Of a DNA stretch of 64,000 bases, positions 62,884-64,000 are shown one piece after another (position 1 is the stretch's first letter; every line of letters starts with the position of its first letter). Origin of the DNA: an uncultured Acidobacteriota bacterium (GTDB lineage: Bacteria; Acidobacteriota; Polarisedimenticolia; JACPZX01); assembly GCA_964400605.1 (NCBI GenBank), contig CAYNUH010000001.1, forward strand, positions 621 through 64,620. Direction: 5' to 3'. Below the pieces are notes generated by a model. It ran no database searches, was not told the DNA's origin, and worked only from the letters and a program-made list of their open reading frames with translations. The position numbers and the translations under genes were made by a program.

Positions 62884-64000
62884 TTGGCCGTCATACACAG
62901 CGAGGCCCCACCGATCCATCAGGTCGGGCGGCGTAACTTCTGGTTCGCCGTCGGCAGCGTGCTGCTGCTCTTGAGCAGCGTCTGGATGTTCTACGCCGAC
63001 TACCACCGCGAGTGGAAGGCGTACCAGAGGGAGTTCCGGCGGATCGAGGTGGAGAGGGCCCGCAAGAAGATCGGCGAGCTGGAGAACCAGTACAAGACCA
63101 GCCGTGATCGCAAGCGGCTCGAGACCGATCTCGACGCCGCCCGGAAGGATCTCGCCGCCAAAGCGGCCGATCTCGAGCGGGCGAGGGCGGCCGTGCTCGA
63201 GGCCGGACGCAAGTTCTTCCTCGCCGAGACGGAATGGAAGGTCTCCAAGTCGTACTTCGACGCCTACAAATACGAGGTGGAGGAGGCGCGGGAGCGGAAT
63301 CGCGGAGTGCGTTCCGCGGAGAAGGACTTCGATGAATCGAAGGCCCGCTACGAGAAGGCGGTCCTCGAGCTGGAGGAGGTCAACAAGGAGAAGGACGCCG
63401 CCAACGCGCGGGTGAAATCGCTCACGGGGAAGGTGGACGAGATCCAACGGAAGATCTCCGCCTTCATCGAAGTCAAGGAGCGCCTCGAGAAGAAGGTGGC
63501 GGCCATCGGTCCGAACCTGGCCAACCAGTTCCGCGACAGGCCCGTGGTGGACTTCATGAACCCGTCGATACGGGTGCAGCAGGTCCAGCTCCCCAATCTT
63601 CTCAACGACGTGAACTTCATGCGGATCCCGAAAGTGGACCGGTGCGTCACGTGCCACCAGGGGGCCGCGGAGAAGGGGTACGAGGATCTGCCCCATCCGT
63701 TCCGGACGCACCCGCGCCTCGATCTCATTGTGGCCACGAACTCGAAGCATCCCTACGAGCAGTTCGGCTGCACAATCTGCCACCAGGGGCTCGACCGGGC
63801 GACGTACTTCGAGAGCGCCGTCCATACGCCGTCCGGCGATGCCCAGCGGCACGAATGGGAGAAAAAGCACGGTTGGGAGGCGCCGGAATTCTCCGACAGC
63901 CCGATGCTCCCCACCGAGCACACCGAGGCGGCCTGCCTGAAGTGCCACAAGCAGGAGGTGCGAGTCGCCGGGGCGCCCCGGCTGAACCGAGCGCTGGACA
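62884..64000 (+). CDS. Membrane-anchored multiheme c-type cytochrome (at least 3 CxxCH), 3' truncated by the window edge
   Basis: N-terminal TM (FWFAVGSVLLLLSSVWMFYA), long coiled coil, then CVTCHQG, CTICHQG and CLKCHKQ heme-binding motifs. In frame immediately after the cyt b stop. A TTG at 62884 is proposed as the start. Confidence 0.7.
   Translation, partial: MAVIHSEAPPIHQVGRRNFWFAVGSVLLLLSSVWMFYADYHREWKAYQREFRRIEVERARKKIGELENQYKTSRDRKRLETDLDAARKDLAAKAADLERARAAVLEAGRKFFLAETEWKVSKSYFDAYKYEVEEARERNRGVRSAEKDFDESKARYEKAVLELEEVNKEKDAANARVKSLTGKVDEIQRKISAFIEVKERLEKKVAAIGPNLANQFRDRPVVDFMNPSIRVQQVQLPNLLNDVNFMRIPKVDRCVTCHQGAAEKGYEDLPHPFRTHPRLDLIVATNSKHPYEQFGCTICHQGLDRATYFESAVHTPSGDAQRHEWEKKHGWEAPEFSDSPMLPTEHTEAACLKCHKQEVRVAGAPRLNRALD

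Noticed and set aside
62683-63948. 421-aa minus-strand ORF
   Set aside because: It is antisense to the multiheme cytochrome c gene, whose CxxCH motifs and coiled coil support the plus-strand reading.
1-64000. Search for CRISPR arrays, tRNA/rRNA genes, integrases, transposases, reverse transcriptases or defense-system cores (cyclases, nucleases)
   Set aside because: No regularly spaced direct repeats, no tRNA-like T-loop motifs, and no ORF with recombinase, RT or nuclease signatures were seen. The only toxin-antitoxin-type elements are the decayed hicA with hicB and the vapC remnant.

Overview
This is a 64 kb stretch of a very high-GC (about 70%) bacterial chromosome. It is densely coded on both strands, with many spurious long ORFs in the alternate frames. 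I found no rRNA, tRNA, CRISPR array, integrase or transposase. The content is mostly chromosomal housekeeping and envelope or redox functions. These are: a tandem-domain amidohydrolase (5' partial); a tatT-tatP-tatQM TRAP transporter operon of the TPR-protein-associated (TPAT) type; a small lower-GC islet carrying a decayed hicA toxin next to an intact hicB antitoxin; two tandem secreted LPP20/CsgG-like proteins; pgsA; an AI-2E transporter; mutS2; a FIST-domain protein start/stop-coupled to ftcD; two paralogous HExxH...EGIA metallopeptidase-like TPR proteins flanking a cluster of DUF4388 proteins (J-domain, SPOR and REC fusions); nadB; a lepB / LOG / ggt / ccmDCBA-x-HFE block (System I cytochrome c maturation with no ccmG in the cluster); a zinc-ribbon response regulator; greA; glycosyltransferases GT2 and GT39 with a UbiA-type decaprenyl-phosphate phosphoribosyltransferase and a DUF362 protein; an acr3-arsC-arsR arsenic module; a mocA plus hcrCAB-like molybdenum hydroxylase whose FAD subunit carries a four-cysteine insertion; a vapC remnant; a threonine dehydratase; an M28 peptidase; recG; and a Rieske / split cytochrome b / multiheme cytochrome c complex (3' partial). 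The most unusual points are the DUF4388 / metallopeptidase / J-domain / SPOR cluster, the HcrB-like extra iron-sulfur loop, a promoter-plus-terminator sRNA candidate, a 28-nt motif shared by two intergenic hairpin elements, and the frameshift-riddled hicA. All functional calls rest on motif recognition by eye; no database search was possible.
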